Origin: Phoronis australis
Taxonomy: Eukaryota; Animalia; Phoronida
DNA: 58,472 nucleotides
Direction: 5' to 3'
Assembly (NCBI GenBank): GCA_002633005.1
Contig: NMRA01001084.1
Coordinates: 1 to 58,472, forward strand
Part shown: one piece after another, positions 34,701 to 48,706 of the stretch
Numbering within the stretch: the first letter of the stretch is position 1
Layout: each line of letters starts with the position of its first letter
The notes under the pieces: model-generated
Seen by the model: the letters and a program-made list of their open reading frames with translations, nothing else
Told to the model about the DNA's origin: nothing
The model's database searches: none
Made by a program: the position numbers and the translations under genes

Positions 34701-37242
34701 CCTGACGCCTGAAAAATATGTTTTTTTGGGGGGGGNTGCCTCCCCGCCCCCCCCCCGCTTCCTACGTCTCTGGATCTGTTACTGCGTCATGTGACTGTGT
34801 TTTTATAAAATTTAGCAAAAAAGAAAAAAGAAAGGCAAGACCATGATCGACAAAACCGCGCGGATAATAACACGAACAAATTTCCTTCGATGTAAATTTG
34901 TTTAAGATGAAATCTCAAAAGCGCCGTTTTCCCAAATTATCATTTTGTTTTCGCTTTATGCAACTTTTGATTTTTTCATGAAAATCATAAAGGTCGTATT
35001 TTCTGATAGCCCTTCATGCAAAAGTGGATAATTTTAAAAATATCAAGCGTTTAGAGTACCAGTGCATAAGGCGTGATATCTGAAAGTTTTAAATTAATCC
35101 GATCAGAAATTTCTGAGACATATGTTCCGAATATTGCAAAATGTGGCCATTTTTTGAGGGTCTTTCATCATGAATTCCTGTGATATGCAAGTGAACGTTC
35201 GGCGTCTGATCTGCGCAGTTTGTGCGAAATTCAATCCTCATCGGTTTCCCGTTATTCAGCGGAAGTAGGTCTTGATTCTCATAGTCACGAACCTTCACAT
35301 CCGTCCATTGTCGCCACATGCATCTTTTAAAACAGAAATTTTAATTGTCAAGTCTGTTTGCATTGGCCTTTCTCTAACCAGCCAATTGACTGACAAGGCC
35401 TTTGCTCTGGTTTTCCACGCACAGCCGAGAGCTACACGTCCGTCCTATGCGCTGAGATTGATATGCAACAAGATGTCTATTTTTGTCCCACTTTTCTGTT
35501 CATTTTGGAAACCAGAGGAATATAATGACACCATAGATACTTTATAGTCTATGATGACACAGTGGTCTTGCATTAAAATTCATTGAGTGAGGTTTTGTTG
35601 AAACCGGAACAGTAAACTGTACCTGATTTTCCCAATGCATCAGGACAACTTTGAGAACAGAAGATTAAGATACCTTTGGGCATTTGCTCAATGATAAGTG
35701 ATATCTGTGTAGTTTGTCACATGTAGTAGTTGTTTCAACACCCCATGTGCCCTCTGTGATTAGAGTTAAAACCAACCTCATAGGAAAAGTCACGAAGTAT
35801 ATCTTCCATTCTCATGTCATGGTGGAGCACAGAACCATCGTATAGTCAACATTTACTTTTTTGGTTGGAAGCCCCAAATTTGAGACAAAATACCCATGCC
35901 TGCATATGGACAACTATCAGAAAAGATTAAATTGTCTTGCATAGTCCAGGATGTCAGTTACAGCTAAAATATACCATTATACGATAGAATTACAATTGCC
36001 AATCAAAATTCACTATTTCTTGAGTTTAATTACGCCCAGTACATTCTACAATAGCATGATCTCATCACAATAACAAAATTCATTTATCTAACTTGCACTG
36101 GCATGTGAAGAACAGGATTCAGTGTAGGTTTGAGGCTGCATCTAGCGTCATTTCCTGCAATTAAGCTATGAAAGACGCAGCTCATGTATATGCACCCTGC
36201 ATCAATGACGCACCGATTGTGATGATAAATTTTATGAAATAAAAGTACATACGTTAAAAATAATCAATTTCATTTCTTCCAAAATTCCTCATAAATAAAA
36301 GAACCAGAGTATCAGCCTTCCTATGTTGTGGGTTATTCTGTGTTCATATGTTATGATTTCTCACACAATTTTCACGAAATTGAAATGTTTGACCCCAGGA
36401 ATTTTGGAAGCTGATCTACATACTTAGACCCCAGTGTTTGAAAGTGTAAGGAGTACACCGGGAATCTTTTTCAGAGCGCGTCTGTGATGCATGAAACATT
36501 TCAGTGCAGTCACTGAGCACTTTCAAGTCAGACCTTGTACCATCTGACGAGTTATCAACCTGTTTATTTCAAATGCCTTTCCAGCACCCCAACATAATGT
36601 GTGAAAGAAAACAGTTGATCAAACAAAACAAATCGTAGCTACAAGATCAAATCAACAAAATTCAGGATGGCAATGATAGGAAAACACGGACCTACATCAA
36701 ACAGACTGATCTCAACTGAGGATTTAAAGAATTGGTTAAAAGAATGTTTAATCCTGTTTTAGTGATTTTGCACAAAACTGGCTCCATTACCTGCTATTGA
36801 TCAAATACTACTTCCTAGGAGAGATAAAGGTATCTGTTAACTTAAGACTGTCAATTTTTCAGTGTTCAAATGCGTATACTCAGACTGGGGGTAACTGTCT
36901 CCTCACTCCAACTGACTACCTCACGCGAACAAATGTGACTGATTTAGCAGACTTTTGTGAACAACTTATTTCTAAGTTCTGGTGTAAAATGAGCAATGGA
37001 TGCAGATTGCCTTGTCTCAAAGATCAAGTGATCTATTAGCTAATATGGGGTTCAGCATCCTTTTAATTTTAAATTTAAAGTACATGAAGACAACTCATGA
37101 ATCCATGCATGACTGACACACGATGGTGATCCATAATTTGACTGAACCATAGATTTGATACTAGACACACCAATTGATTCGTATCAACAATCCTTTAAAT
37201 CATTTATCAGATAGAGAAAGCTAATTGTTATTAATACTCAAG

Positions 37243-40200
37243 TTATTCACTATTTTGTTCACGTTTTAGTTTTGACAGAGCGGCAATTCTTTTGTCCCTC
37301 CACTGGCGACGCTCTTGAAGTTTTTCGAGGGGCACCTTGGCACACAGTTCCTCATGGATTTTTGTCATAGTGTCACCCTTCCACTCAGGTGCAGGTCCAA
37401 ACGACTCAGTCAGCTTTTGAATACTACTGCCGTAACGTTCGCTGTAACTCAGCCAACCTGCGAAATACAAGCAAAAACTAAAGCCACAACATACATGGTT
37501 CCGGTACTAAAACTCCAGCGTCCCCTACATGGGTCTTACAAAGCACTGTCACTGAGTGATTATCCTTTGTTTGAATAAAAATAAATCATTTGAAATTCTA
37601 TGATGGCGACTGAAATTAAACGCTCCGAGAGGCAAGCATGACAAAGGAACATGATAAGATTGATACATGAAAAGAATCCTTCATCGACACCCTAACCAAT
37701 GAAGATTAGGCAACTCCACGGGTTTGTACACCACAACAGAATTTGCTGATTCAGATCAAAGGCATCATGCTCTTGTGGTCAATTAAATCGCCTCAGACTG
37801 CTGATGTTATCCTGCTCTAGATAATGAGACCATCATAAACACATTAGGCGCGACAATAGAATTTTTGAAAGTTTGTAAATAGCATATTTGAATAGTTTGC
37901 AAAACACACACGATTAGCTTTTTTGAAAATTGGGTAAGGAATGTGACTTTTGCAACCTAAAACTTTGTTTATTGTTGTAATAATATGTTCCTCATTAATT
38001 CTGCTGGGTGAGCAACATAATTGGGCCAATTATTAAACCACCAGGCAGAGTTGAATTTTGAGCTAAGCCAAGTGTCATCCTACCCTTATGTACGTGAGTA
38101 GTTTATGACCACAAAACTAATGATGTTATCTAAGTGACATATCTTAGCAGCTATCTCTGTTACAAAGAAAAACTGTACTGTTGCAAATCATAACCATCCT
38201 ATAGCACACACTGCTCACATATAGGAGCTGTAAACCTACCATCTGCATTCAAGCAAGCAGTTTCCATGGGTCCCATAAAAGCATATCGTAGACCCATTCC
38301 ATCACTCATAGTAGCATCAATGTCTTCTACAGTCATGACGTCATCCTAATAAAATATCAAAAAGTAAAATGGAGAAAGTTGAAGCAATTCCGATCCAAGT
38401 CAACATTTCGGTATATTGACAAGAACCATCATCAGGAACAATGTCACTGACCGGCAATACAACCGAAACACCACAGCGGTTGGATCCATCCGAAAGTCGT
38501 CACATCAGTGTTGTCACTTTAATGTTAATACAGTAGCAAATTTTAACAAAGATCCTTCAGAGGGTTTACGAGATATAGCCATGGATGCAAAAATGGCACT
38601 TGGAGGAGCCACTGTAGTCAGAGCCATCTGGAAATCATTCACAGCCGTCCTCTTTTCAGTAGGAACGTATAGGTCCTTACAGTGGTTTGGCCTGTGGAGG
38701 AGAGGCAGCAAAAACAGTAAAAATGGCCACTAGGTAAAGCAAACTAAACTATACCCATTGGAAAAATTAAAGGTGGCGTCATCTTTCTATTAGAAACCTA
38801 TTTGCCAAATTCTATGAAAATCTGTTATTATAACCCCAAAGATACAGAGGTAAACATAAAAATCTAAAATTGCCACTAGAGGGCAGAACGGTAGTCGAAT
38901 CTGTCCGAAACTCGTCATCATCTATCACCAGCTTCATATGACACATCCGCCAAATGTTATTATCATCCTAAAAGGGACTTAGTAGAAACAGAAGCAGACG
39001 CCAGATGCCCAAACATAGATGACGGCAATATGTACCCACATACAACTATGCGAACGCATAAAAACGAACTCAAGTCTGCTTGCATTGCTGCAAAAAACAT
39101 TACAATACCAGCGCTTACAATTTCCACACTAGAGTATTGATGTCCAGGTGACATTTCATTACAAGGACAAGGATGGAAACCAATCTATGAGTAGCTGACA
39201 AATTTCACAAAGACATCAAGCTACCAGCAGATATAGAAATAGATGTAAAAACACGCAGATCAAAAAAAATTGACAGAAATTTGTGGCTAATGTCAACTGC
39301 CTGATCTGAAAATAACTATTTTGAAAATAGGTGTATCGGCCTAAATATGCAGTGTGATGGCCCACCTGACTGGTCTGCCCACGTGTAATACAATGTATAC
39401 CAGAACACCAGAAATTACCTTTTTATATAATACACTAATTATTCCTAAATGTTAATGCATATATTAAGAGGCTCAGATTCAAACAGATGTTCCTGTTTAC
39501 GTACCTATTTCCATTTCAGCACTAACAAATTCATCTGATGTTATGAGGTTAGTTTGTTGCACTGGTGGCAAATATGAAAATACATCCCCTGTGATCCAAC
39601 CAAACTGAATGAATTTCCCACAGTCAAACCAACGATTAATTGGATACATACAGCAACAAGCCTCAAACATTCGGCAAGCAGAGAATATTGAAGGCGATTC
39701 AAAACAAATCCATCAACCTCCTTCTTCAGCACAACTGGTCGCTGTCCCACTTGCAGCCATATTTGACGAGCACGTGGTACAATAGCGTCGTCAGTCCAGG
39801 GAGCACCACAAAGCTCTATGAGAGGGCAGTAGTATGGCGGATTGGTCTGAAATAGAAATGTTGTTCATAAACAATTTGCACGGAGAAGAGTCAATACACT
39901 TTTGTCCCTTACTTTCTGTTCACAAACGAACTGAACTTCTAGTGCGTTTATTAACATTTGTGGTGGCGAAAATATCACTTGTGTGAACTGTTACAAGTGT
40001 CACTTTTGCTGGTGATTTGCTGGATGCTTAAGATACCCCAAAATTGTTGGTGTTTTCACTGGCCCTTGAACCGTGACGAGGGCAGATATAAACTCAGCAT
40101 AACATACAACAACATCCTGTGTACAGCTCCACCTAGTATGCACTGAGGAAGACATCAGGAAAGGCAAATGTCAAAAATTTCTGCATCCGATATTTAATGG

Positions 40201-43200
40201 TTTTTGGATGGAAACTTTGCCACTCTTGTGAGCATTATATCAAACAGAAAATTTGACACTAAAAGGAAATCAAGCCAACCTTATATATACCTTAGCCTAT
40301 TAAAACACCTATGAACTCAAAAATGGATCAACCACTTAGAACATTGGTCTCGACTGTCTTGTTCATTGCTCAGCAAACTGAAGGTGATTGCCGGGCTCAG
40401 AAAGAACTGGTTGTTTGTCATTGCATTAGAGCAAGCTCAACAAGTTGGTTTGTTACAACAAGCATGACCTCAAGCAATAATGATTTCCCACGTCTTTCAA
40501 AATCAACAAAACAATTTTAATCCGAGTAAGTAACAACTAAGTTGAAACCAGCTGTAGAGCATAAGTGGTCTAAGCCGAAAGTTTGTTTCTTTTCAAAACC
40601 GGTAAAACAATGTAAAAAAATTATTGCCCAACTTCTGAACTTCATGAAAGATCCAGTTTTATTGTTAATAAAAGAAAATTTAATACTTTCCTTTTGGACC
40701 TTCTCTGCTGTCAAAAATTTGGACTTGAACAAGGATTTTGGTTTTACTTGGCCACATAAAGTAATCCCCTTTTTCATCTCAACAAAGATCGAACTAGTTC
40801 CATGAAAAAGACCCCTGTAGTGATCTCTTCCTAACCATTTCAGTTTCAAAACCATACTCACAGGATGTGACACCATCATCTGACTACGATGTTTCATGTT
40901 CTCAGAAATCTTAGATGGACGAATCATACTTGTTGAACTTGACAGAATCATCTTGTCAGATGCTACTTCATCCAACTGCAGGAACACCTTCTTCTTTAAT
41001 TCAAGATTTTCAGGCACACACTCCTGGACAATGAGAAAATAAAAATTCTCAAGTACGTACTCAGTGTAATGATAGCAGGGGCAGAGAAGTTTAAAACGAT
41101 TAAAGCATTCATTTTTGTTTAAACATTACTCGTCTCTAAGAAAACAGGAAAAATCATTTGCTTGGCATTTTGTGCCCAAAATTGACAAAATTTTACTGTA
41201 ACAAAATTGTTTAGGCCAAAAAACGGTAGTATTTGTTCTTATCTCTGAATGGCACATTTTGAACCTGTGGCTCGATGTTTAAATAAACAAGAGCAACGTG
41301 GAGTGTTGAAATGCGCCCACGAATGCATCGCAAATGGTGTGCTTTTAGGGTTGCTTATTTGTATTACAAAATGGGCACTAGATGGCGCAAAAAATACAAT
41401 CTGTCCAAAAATGGGACCATGTCATTGCTTCTTTAATAGAAAGCTATATACCAAATTCCAAATTTCATAGAAATCCGCCAAGGAACTTCAGAGAAACAAA
41501 GGAAAACAGAATAAAATGAAATTGCCATTAGAGGGAACAGTGTCCATTGGATCCGCCTGAAAGTCGTCATTGTCTGTTGTTGTTCGCTTCATATAAATAC
41601 ACTTACTAAATTTAATAAAGATCCTCCAGTGGGTTTAGGAGATACAGCTATGGGCACAAAACAACCACTAGGAGGCACCAGAGTAGTCAAAGTCGTCATC
41701 ATCAACCGTCCTCTTCACACTGAGAACACAGACGCCAATTTTTAAAACCATCCTTAGAATGATTAGGTTGATAGAGAGGTAGACGCCAAAAAACAGACTT
41801 GAAAACAGCAAAAAATGGCCACTAGGTGGCGCAAATTACCTTGATTCCATCCAAAACGGGAAGATAGCGTCATCTCATCAATAGATGCCCATATTCAAAA
41901 TTTTATGAAAATCTGTTGAGGACCTTTGAAGACACAGAGGTAAACATAAAACTTAAATTGCCACCAGGGGGCATACCAGTACTCAGATCCATCCCAAAAT
42001 CATCGTTGTTTGTTGTCAACATCATACATACACACTTCTTAAATTTAGTAAAGCTCCTACAAACGGTTTAGGAGCACAAAAAACGGTTATGGGCACAAAA
42101 AAGAAACTGCCACTAGGAGGCGCCACAGTAGTCGAAGTCATCGGAAAATCATAGTCAGCTGTCCACTTCACAGTAAAAACATACATGCCAATTTTCACAA
42201 TTATCCTGAAAGTGGTTTGGTTTATAGAGGGGTGGACGCCAAAAACAGACTCGAAAACAGTAAAAATGGCCACTAGGTGGAGCAAACTAGGTCGAATCCA
42301 TCTGAAAATGAAAAGATAGCGTCATCTCACTAACAGAAGCCTGTAAGTCAAATTTTATGAAAATGCATTGAGGACCTTTGAGGGTACAGAGGAAAACGTA
42401 AAAAAATAAAATTGCCACTAGGTGGCACACCAGTACTCAGATCTGTCCGAAAGTCCTTGTCGTCCATTGTCAACATCATATAAATGCACTTACTAAATTT
42501 AATAAAGATGCTGCAAAATGGTTTAGGAGATAAAGCAATGAGCACAAAAAAACTGCCACTAGGAGGCGCCACAGTAGTTGACGTCATCGGAATATCATCG
42601 TCAACCGTCCTCTTCATAGTAAGAACAGACATGCCAATTTTCACAATCATGCTTAGAGCGGTTTGGTTGATGGAGGGGTGGACGTCAAGAAACAGACTCG
42701 AAAACAGTAAAAATGGTCACTTGGTGGCGCAAACTACGTCAAATCCATCCGAAAACGGGAGGATGTTGTTGTTTCACTAATACATGCCTATATACCAAAT
42801 TTCATGAAAATACCTCGAGGACCTTTGAAGATACAGAGGTAAACGTAAAAAAACTAAAATTGCCACTAGGGGGCACACTGGTAGTCGGATATGTCCGAAA
42901 GTTCGCTCATGCCGTCCCATCTATAAAAGGAACACGAGCAAAATTTCATGAGCATATGTACAGTTTTGGAGATAGAGCAGCGGACGCCGGACAGATGCCG
43001 CCCAGACGAACGGAGATGATGGCATAATGTGTCCACATATAAATATGTGGGCGCATAATAAAAAGGGCATGCAAACATAACTTACAGTGTTTAAGTTTAT
43101 TTTTACAAAATCTACACAAATGTATGTATCAAGGTACTGTTGAACATAAGTTGACCAGCAACTTAGTGACAATCAGCTCTTATTATTTGTTTAGTTCTAG

Positions 43201-46200
43201 GCTATGATGCGCGATCACATGGTTAAACCTTATATATGCAGTAATTGTGAAGTCTTTCAGTCAGTTTTCATGAACACATCCTACTCCTTTACCTGACAGA
43301 ATATAGCATTATTTAAACATTCTTTAAGATCGTTGGTTGTCGAAATGAGCTTGTACTGGTCCTCAGCACTGAGGGATCCTCTCAGTTGGCCAGATTCAGA
43401 TAGTTTGGTCAGTTGACCCTGAATATCCTCCAGTGCACTCTGAATTTGTTTTGGCTCAATATCATACAAGGAGACATTATAACCACCGGATGCGAAGATC
43501 ATTGCGAAGCTACGACCAATCAAACCACTGAAAAATCAAAAAAGGCAAATGTCACTGCACTGCATAAAAGTAATCTCAACAATCAGGGTCTGCATTATGA
43601 CTAATACAGGTTACACCAAGTATTCACTTCAGTTATTTCATGATAAATGTTTTTTATTCCTGTAGTTAGAATCATTGAAATAGGGCTGACCTGTTAAATT
43701 CAAGGACACTTATTCTATATGCAGGATTTAAAGGCACATGCCACCCAAAAAACAACCTATTTTGTATCGATTTAGATCGAGCAGTTCTACTCGATAAAGG
43801 CAGGTTCGGTTGTGTTACCTGACACCTGACGGCAGACGGAGGTGTTGAAATTATCCAATGACGTCATTGGTTTCACACGCCGTCACAGCAGTTCACAACA
43901 CGGGTTACTGGTGTTAGCTTATCGCTTTAATTCCATCATTGTTTAACGCCAATAAATCATCAAACTTCAATGTAAAGCCCTTAAAAATACACAGAGCTCT
44001 TATAAAAACATGTTCGCTATAACGGATTTATTGGGCACACCGTAACCTACTAAGTTCAGCAGGCCAATTTACCAAGGTCCGTAGCAGGAGTTTGTGTCTG
44101 TTCGGAGATAAATTCGAAGTATTCTTCCGTGAATTACACTCAGAACCTAGATCTATGTTGTTTAGACTTGTGATTTTTTGAGTTCTAAACACAAGAAACG
44201 CTTGTTATCCCGGCCAGTGGCTCGGAACTTGATCAGGCCCGTCCTTGCCAGACTGACTCGTTATCCCGGCTGGATTGAAGACATCACAAACATAAACCAG
44301 CCAAAGTTGGAAACTAAACTTCCAGTCAAGAAAATACTATACTAGTTAGCCAAAGAAGTAATGTGCACGTAATTACTTGGTGAATTAGCCACGAAACTGC
44401 AAATCTACTTACTCGTCGGGGGCCGCGAATTCAGGTTCCCCTTTGACCACAGAACCGTCAGGGCAGAAGTTGTACATTTACAATCATTATTTGAATAATG
44501 TATAGTTAAATAATTCCCCTAACACCCCATAATGCTAAATCGTCGTGAGAGACCGGTATATGGTGCAACTCTGGACGGTCTGAGGTCAACAGAAAACCAC
44601 AGTTCAAACTGTGAGTCTACACCAATGTGATGAACGAGAGTAGTTCTACTTGCTGCGTCAGCTGCAGATGTGCTTATCACTTTTATGACACACAATGTTT
44701 GACTGGGCAAAGCGTTTTCAAAATAATGTGGATAAATCAGTGGAGTGTGAGACCCCTGAGGTCCCTGTCAAGCCCTCACAACAATTCTACGTTATGTGGC
44801 AGTGGGATAGAAAATCGAGTTCTTGTTACACAACAGTTTCTGTCAGCAAACACTGAATTAGCATGCGCTTACACGGCCTCGGTGTCCGGTCAATTAGTTT
44901 TATTGCACCTAAAGCCTGTAACACAGTGATTTATTCATTGCTGGCTTCTCAGTCAAATCATTTGTACTCACGAACACTCCAAAGGCATTACAAATTGCAT
45001 CTAATGAGACAGACTTTGTTTCAGTTTTATATATAAGTATTGGTTAGGGTAAGAATAATTCATTTTGAAACAGAGCGCTCACTAATAAACGTCAACATGG
45101 CAACTCGCAATCTTGACTTAGACGAGAGCTCATCCGACAGAGACTTCGCAGGTGGATCGTTAAGTTTCACAGGCTTTCAGTTTGAACCGGAATACAGTGA
45201 TGAAGAAATACTAGAGAGACGCCGTGAACAAGCTCAGGCAACGGAATGTACTGATATAGTTATTTGGTAAGCCGGCATTCGCCAGACTCACTGTCGACGA
45301 CTGCAGGCCACAGACACGGAGATGTTTCACGGCCTCATACTTGCTCACAGCGTACTTTTCATTCTTCACTACCGCGAGCCACTTCCTAAGCATTTCGGAC
45401 TCTCGAGGAAGTCGAAAAAACAATATACCCACTTTCCTTGCAGCTGCATACGGTTCGGACAAGCGGGAACATTCACTCTGCAGACGAACCACTGATGTCG
45501 CTGCGTCGTTTCTCACCTTCCTCATAGGTTAACACAACACCCCTCGGTAAGGTTGACCGTATGCAAGGTGATGTGGATATAGACCGATTAAGACGGTAAA
45601 AAAAGACTAATTAAATCGGGTGGCATTCTTCTTTAAAGACAGGCTAAAATGTTATCTTTACTCTGCAGGACCAAGAAATACCTCAAAACCAGAATTCTCA
45701 CTAGATGCAAGAATAAAAAACAGTGGCATTGAAGTAAACAGTAGGTGACGCTGTTGTCATCAAAGTAATAACATGGTAGCGCTAACGCATTCTGTGAATG
45801 CTTAATTTTTTTAATATGACAATTTGAGAATATTTACATGACGATTGTGCTAATTGACATAAAATTCATTTCTCATTCAATTGGTGATTGTTCGAGCAAA
45901 ATGTAAGTGACTATTAGCGACGACACTGCCCTTTAATTGTTTACGATAAGAGTGACCCCTGGCGATAACTTCGATGAGACCAAAGTTGACCATTCATACC
46001 ACACCGCAGAGTCAAGGCTCCACTGTTAAATCCACCTATTTACTGTTAAGTCAATGGTGCTATTACCTTCAATCCAGGACTGAAGTTATCAGTTCATACT
46101 AACCACAATTCCCCAAAACATAGAGGTGTTGACATTAGTATCAAAGGGTCTTAAAAGGTAGATAAGTGATAAGCCCTAACTTGATTGACCTATTTTTCAA

Positions 46201-47136
46201 ACTTATGCAATACGTCCGGGCCAGACATATCATGTCCCACTCACAAGCTTATCACTTTTTGTGTCAATAACTGCAACTCACTCTGACAATAGGCAATACT
46301 AAAACTTTGTTACTATGACACAGAATAACAAGACAGACTTAACTTTGATGTAACATTGTGTTAACCATGGTAACAATACACCAATTGCATTGAATGCTAA
46401 ACATTGAGGTTAAATGTCTCACATGGATATGTCACTACTTCCAGTTTATAGGGTACATATCATTGGAAGCAATGTCATAAAAGTTTTGATTTAGCTATTA
46501 ACCATTATGAAGTGGTTCGGTCTAATTCCTTACTCAAGTTAAAAGTCACCTCTGGGGTCGGAAAGGACTGACAAATTACTATCATCACCCCAATGCCTAA
46601 GCGAGCTGAAGCCAGACTGTGATTAACCTGTCCTAATCGATTCACAAATTAATGCTCGTGGCTTAGCCGCGATGCTGAAGAAAACCCATTAGTTAATTTC
46701 TCTAAAATGCATCGGTTTTAAAAATTCAAAGATGGCTACAATTTACTTTTCAATTTTAAAAACAGTTATGTTGGTCATTTGCCTAACTTATTGTTTGTTT
46801 TTTGACTTTGAAACTCGTACTCTAGGGTGAGTGCACACTTTCCTGTTCTTCACAGCAAGCTCATAAAACCTCAGGTTTAGAGCTTGATCTGAAGACATAA
46901 CAAATGGTCAGGTGTTTCTAAGGCAAAAAAAATCATACCTATTTTGACTAAAGAACACTTTCAGACCAAATTGGTGAATGTAAGTGGCCTAAATAAAAAC
47001 TAACTTCTTTGACAGCAGGCATGCCTTTAATGCTGCTTGAAAGCTGTCTTTCACAGCTTTCTGTGAGATTTTGTACCAATACATACCTCCCTATAATTGC
47101 AATCTTTTCATTCTTAATATCACACTTGTTAGCCAT
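37243..47136 (-). CDS. CRYL1: Lambda-crystallin homolog / L-gulonate 3-dehydrogenase, paralog B (320 aa); coding exons 47136-47087, 43527-43293, 41023-40862, 39846-39652, 38345-38240, 37457-37243
   Basis: Exons 2-6 have the same lengths as in paralog A (235, 162, 195, 106, 215 nt), GT-AG junctions and an open frame (963 nt including stop), with the same motifs. Non-coding 5' exons probably extend to ~49420. Confidence 0.93.
38400..39064 (+). mobile_element. Degenerate HINE/Helentron-like copy in CRYL1-B intron 4
   Basis: Core motifs (aaaatggccactagg, aattgccactagagggc) and 3' tail ...gcgaacgcataaaaa. Confidence 0.6.
41286..43060 (+). mobile_element. HINE/Helentron-like non-autonomous element with about 3.3 tandem ~450-bp units (CRYL1-B intron 2)
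   Basis: 5' aacaagagcaacg...tgaaatgcgcccac; unit anchors aattgcca at ~41520, 41957, 42411, 42858; 3' hairpin gtccacatataaatatgtgggcgcat contains the inverse of the 5' subterminal atgcgcccac; A-rich flanks and no TSD. Confidence 0.75.
45097..45270 (+). pseudogene. Truncated acidic N-terminus resembling the Kolobok accessory protein (KolX / P2X7 C-terminal-like)
   Basis: [14 protein letters not shown]...[19 protein letters not shown]; the (Y/F)xFEP motif plus acidic helix is recalled as typical of KolX N-termini. It lies within the TTAA-bounded element. Confidence 0.45.
45290..45525 (-). pseudogene. Degenerate THAP zinc-finger fragment (transposase N-terminus)
   Basis: ...ECS...[22 protein letters not shown]...HLRVCGL: the FFRLP / KW / RVC pattern of THAP, with the terminal HF lost. 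Confidence 0.65.
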
Positions 47137-48356
47137 GTCTAGCTAAGTCTTCACTGAAGTTGACCTGTCAATATCTGGAACATAAATCGAGAGACATTCT
47201 GTTTACTCAGGATACAGTTAGATACAGCCCAAGAGAAAAATTATTTTTAAAAAATTCATAAAAGTCATGGGCCACCAATACACACTACGTTAAATCAACA
47301 AAAACAAAGAAAATGACGGAAATACAGACAAATGCACCACACAAGTCCATACAGGTGTCTTGACTTTCAGTTTCAGTGTTTTTTAAAGGACCATACGATA
47401 AACCCATGAGAACATTCATGACTATGCATGTATGTTGTTTTCCTAGTTTGATTTGGTGTATATATTTTTTGCCAAATTGGAACCTGACTAATTTACTATT
47501 CATATGCTAGTAAGTAAATTTAAAGTCTCTTTGTAGCTCAAAATCATGTTGGCACTCAGTGGTCTTTGATGTACAAAATCTCATTGGATGATTGAATTGC
47601 TTTGAAAAGTAATGCCTTCAATTGCATGTTATCTTACATACATGTGTATCAGAGATGAAAAGCATTACCTTTTTTCTAGCTACATTTTTTCAAAACTATA
47701 GCAAGAAATAACATAATTATGTATTAACTGACCTCTTCTAATGCACTTTAGAATCTAAAAATATAATATTTCAAATTTTATGTACTGGCGAATATCTGCT
47801 GTGAAGAAAATGATCTCATAGAGTAGGAAATATAAAGATCTCAAAAGGTCAAACACAAAAATAAGATAAAAAACAAACACTCTGTGATTGAAGATGCAGA
47901 GTAATAACAGAATGGATATAAAAACAAAAAGTGTAATAATCTACTTTTCAGTGTTTTGTCTTAAATATGCAAATTATTATCATGGTTAGCTATAAGGTTA
48001 CCAAAGATAAATTGTGACCTTGGCCAGTATAAGAAAACATGGCACTTGTATCGGTGAGTAGGAATGAGTGCTTAACTTATAACAGCAAAAGTAAAGTATC
48101 AAAGGACAATAACAAGGACAAACTTCATTCACAGGTCCAGTACGGGGCTTTCTGCCTTAGTATTGCCTAAGTTGCAAAAACTTAAGCAGGGTTAGACGTG
48201 CTAGATTTTGATTTAAGTTTTGTCACTAAAGTACTGTGAATAGAGTTAAAGCAAGACAGCTTGATTTAGCATGTATTTTACTATGTAGTCTCGATTTAGA
48301 AACCGGTCACTATGGGCACCGGTCTAACCCTCAGGCATGTCGTAATAGCTGAGATT

Positions 48357-48427
48357 GCCCGACCTCGGGAATCGAACCAGCGACCCCGATTTAACCGGCG
48401 AGCGTGCTAACCATTCAGCTAATAGGC
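48357..48427 (-). promoter_or_regulatory. tRNA-like Pol III type-2 internal promoter in the 3' LTR (second copy at 48805-48875 in the 5' LTR)
   Basis: A box TAGCTGAATGG and B box GGTTCGATTCC at tRNA-like spacing; D-stem GCT/AGC retained, other arms degenerate. Confidence 0.8.
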
Positions 48428-48536
48428 AATTGCCCGTTAGCGAGTGGCTAACAGAGGCTCATATGTGATTCACCGGAAGCACTTTCACAACATTCCCCCC
48501 TTTCCTATCAACAAGCACGCCATCAGCCAACTAGGT

Positions 48537-48706
48537 GTACCTTACATTATGCCTGTACATGCACCTTACACCATGCCTGCACACGTACCTTACATTATGC
48601 CTGTACACGTACCTTACACCCTGTCTGTACATGCACCTTACATTATGCCTGTACATGCACCTTACATCATGCCTGCACATGCACCTTACATTATGCCTGT
48701 ACCCTA
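48537..48706. repeat. 24-bp tandem repeat, about 7 copies, inside the TRIM
   Basis: Unit g(t/c)accttacattatgcctgtacat. Confidence 0.92.

Larger units (their letters stand above)
43732..45632. mobile_element. 1.9-kb Kolobok-like non-autonomous DNA transposon in CRYL1-B intron 1
   Basis: TTAA on both sides (43728-43731, 45633-45636); TIR AGGCACATGCCACCC vs reverse complement AGAAGAATGCCACCC; carries THAP-like and KolX-like stubs. Confidence 0.75.

Noticed and set aside
34736-34736. Single N between the CRYL1 copies, suggesting they are joined haplotigs
   Set aside because: The copies differ at many coding positions and most introns are unalignable, which is too divergent for alleles. The junction still deserves a long-read check.
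40517-40861. 166-aa ORF extending CRYL1-B exon 3 into the intron
   Set aside because: A strong GTGAGT donor follows exon 3, and the extension is frameshifted in paralog A.
48357-48427. Functional tRNA gene
   Set aside because: Acceptor and T stems are mismatched and there is no canonical 7-nt anticodon loop; the block is duplicated as part of the LTRs.
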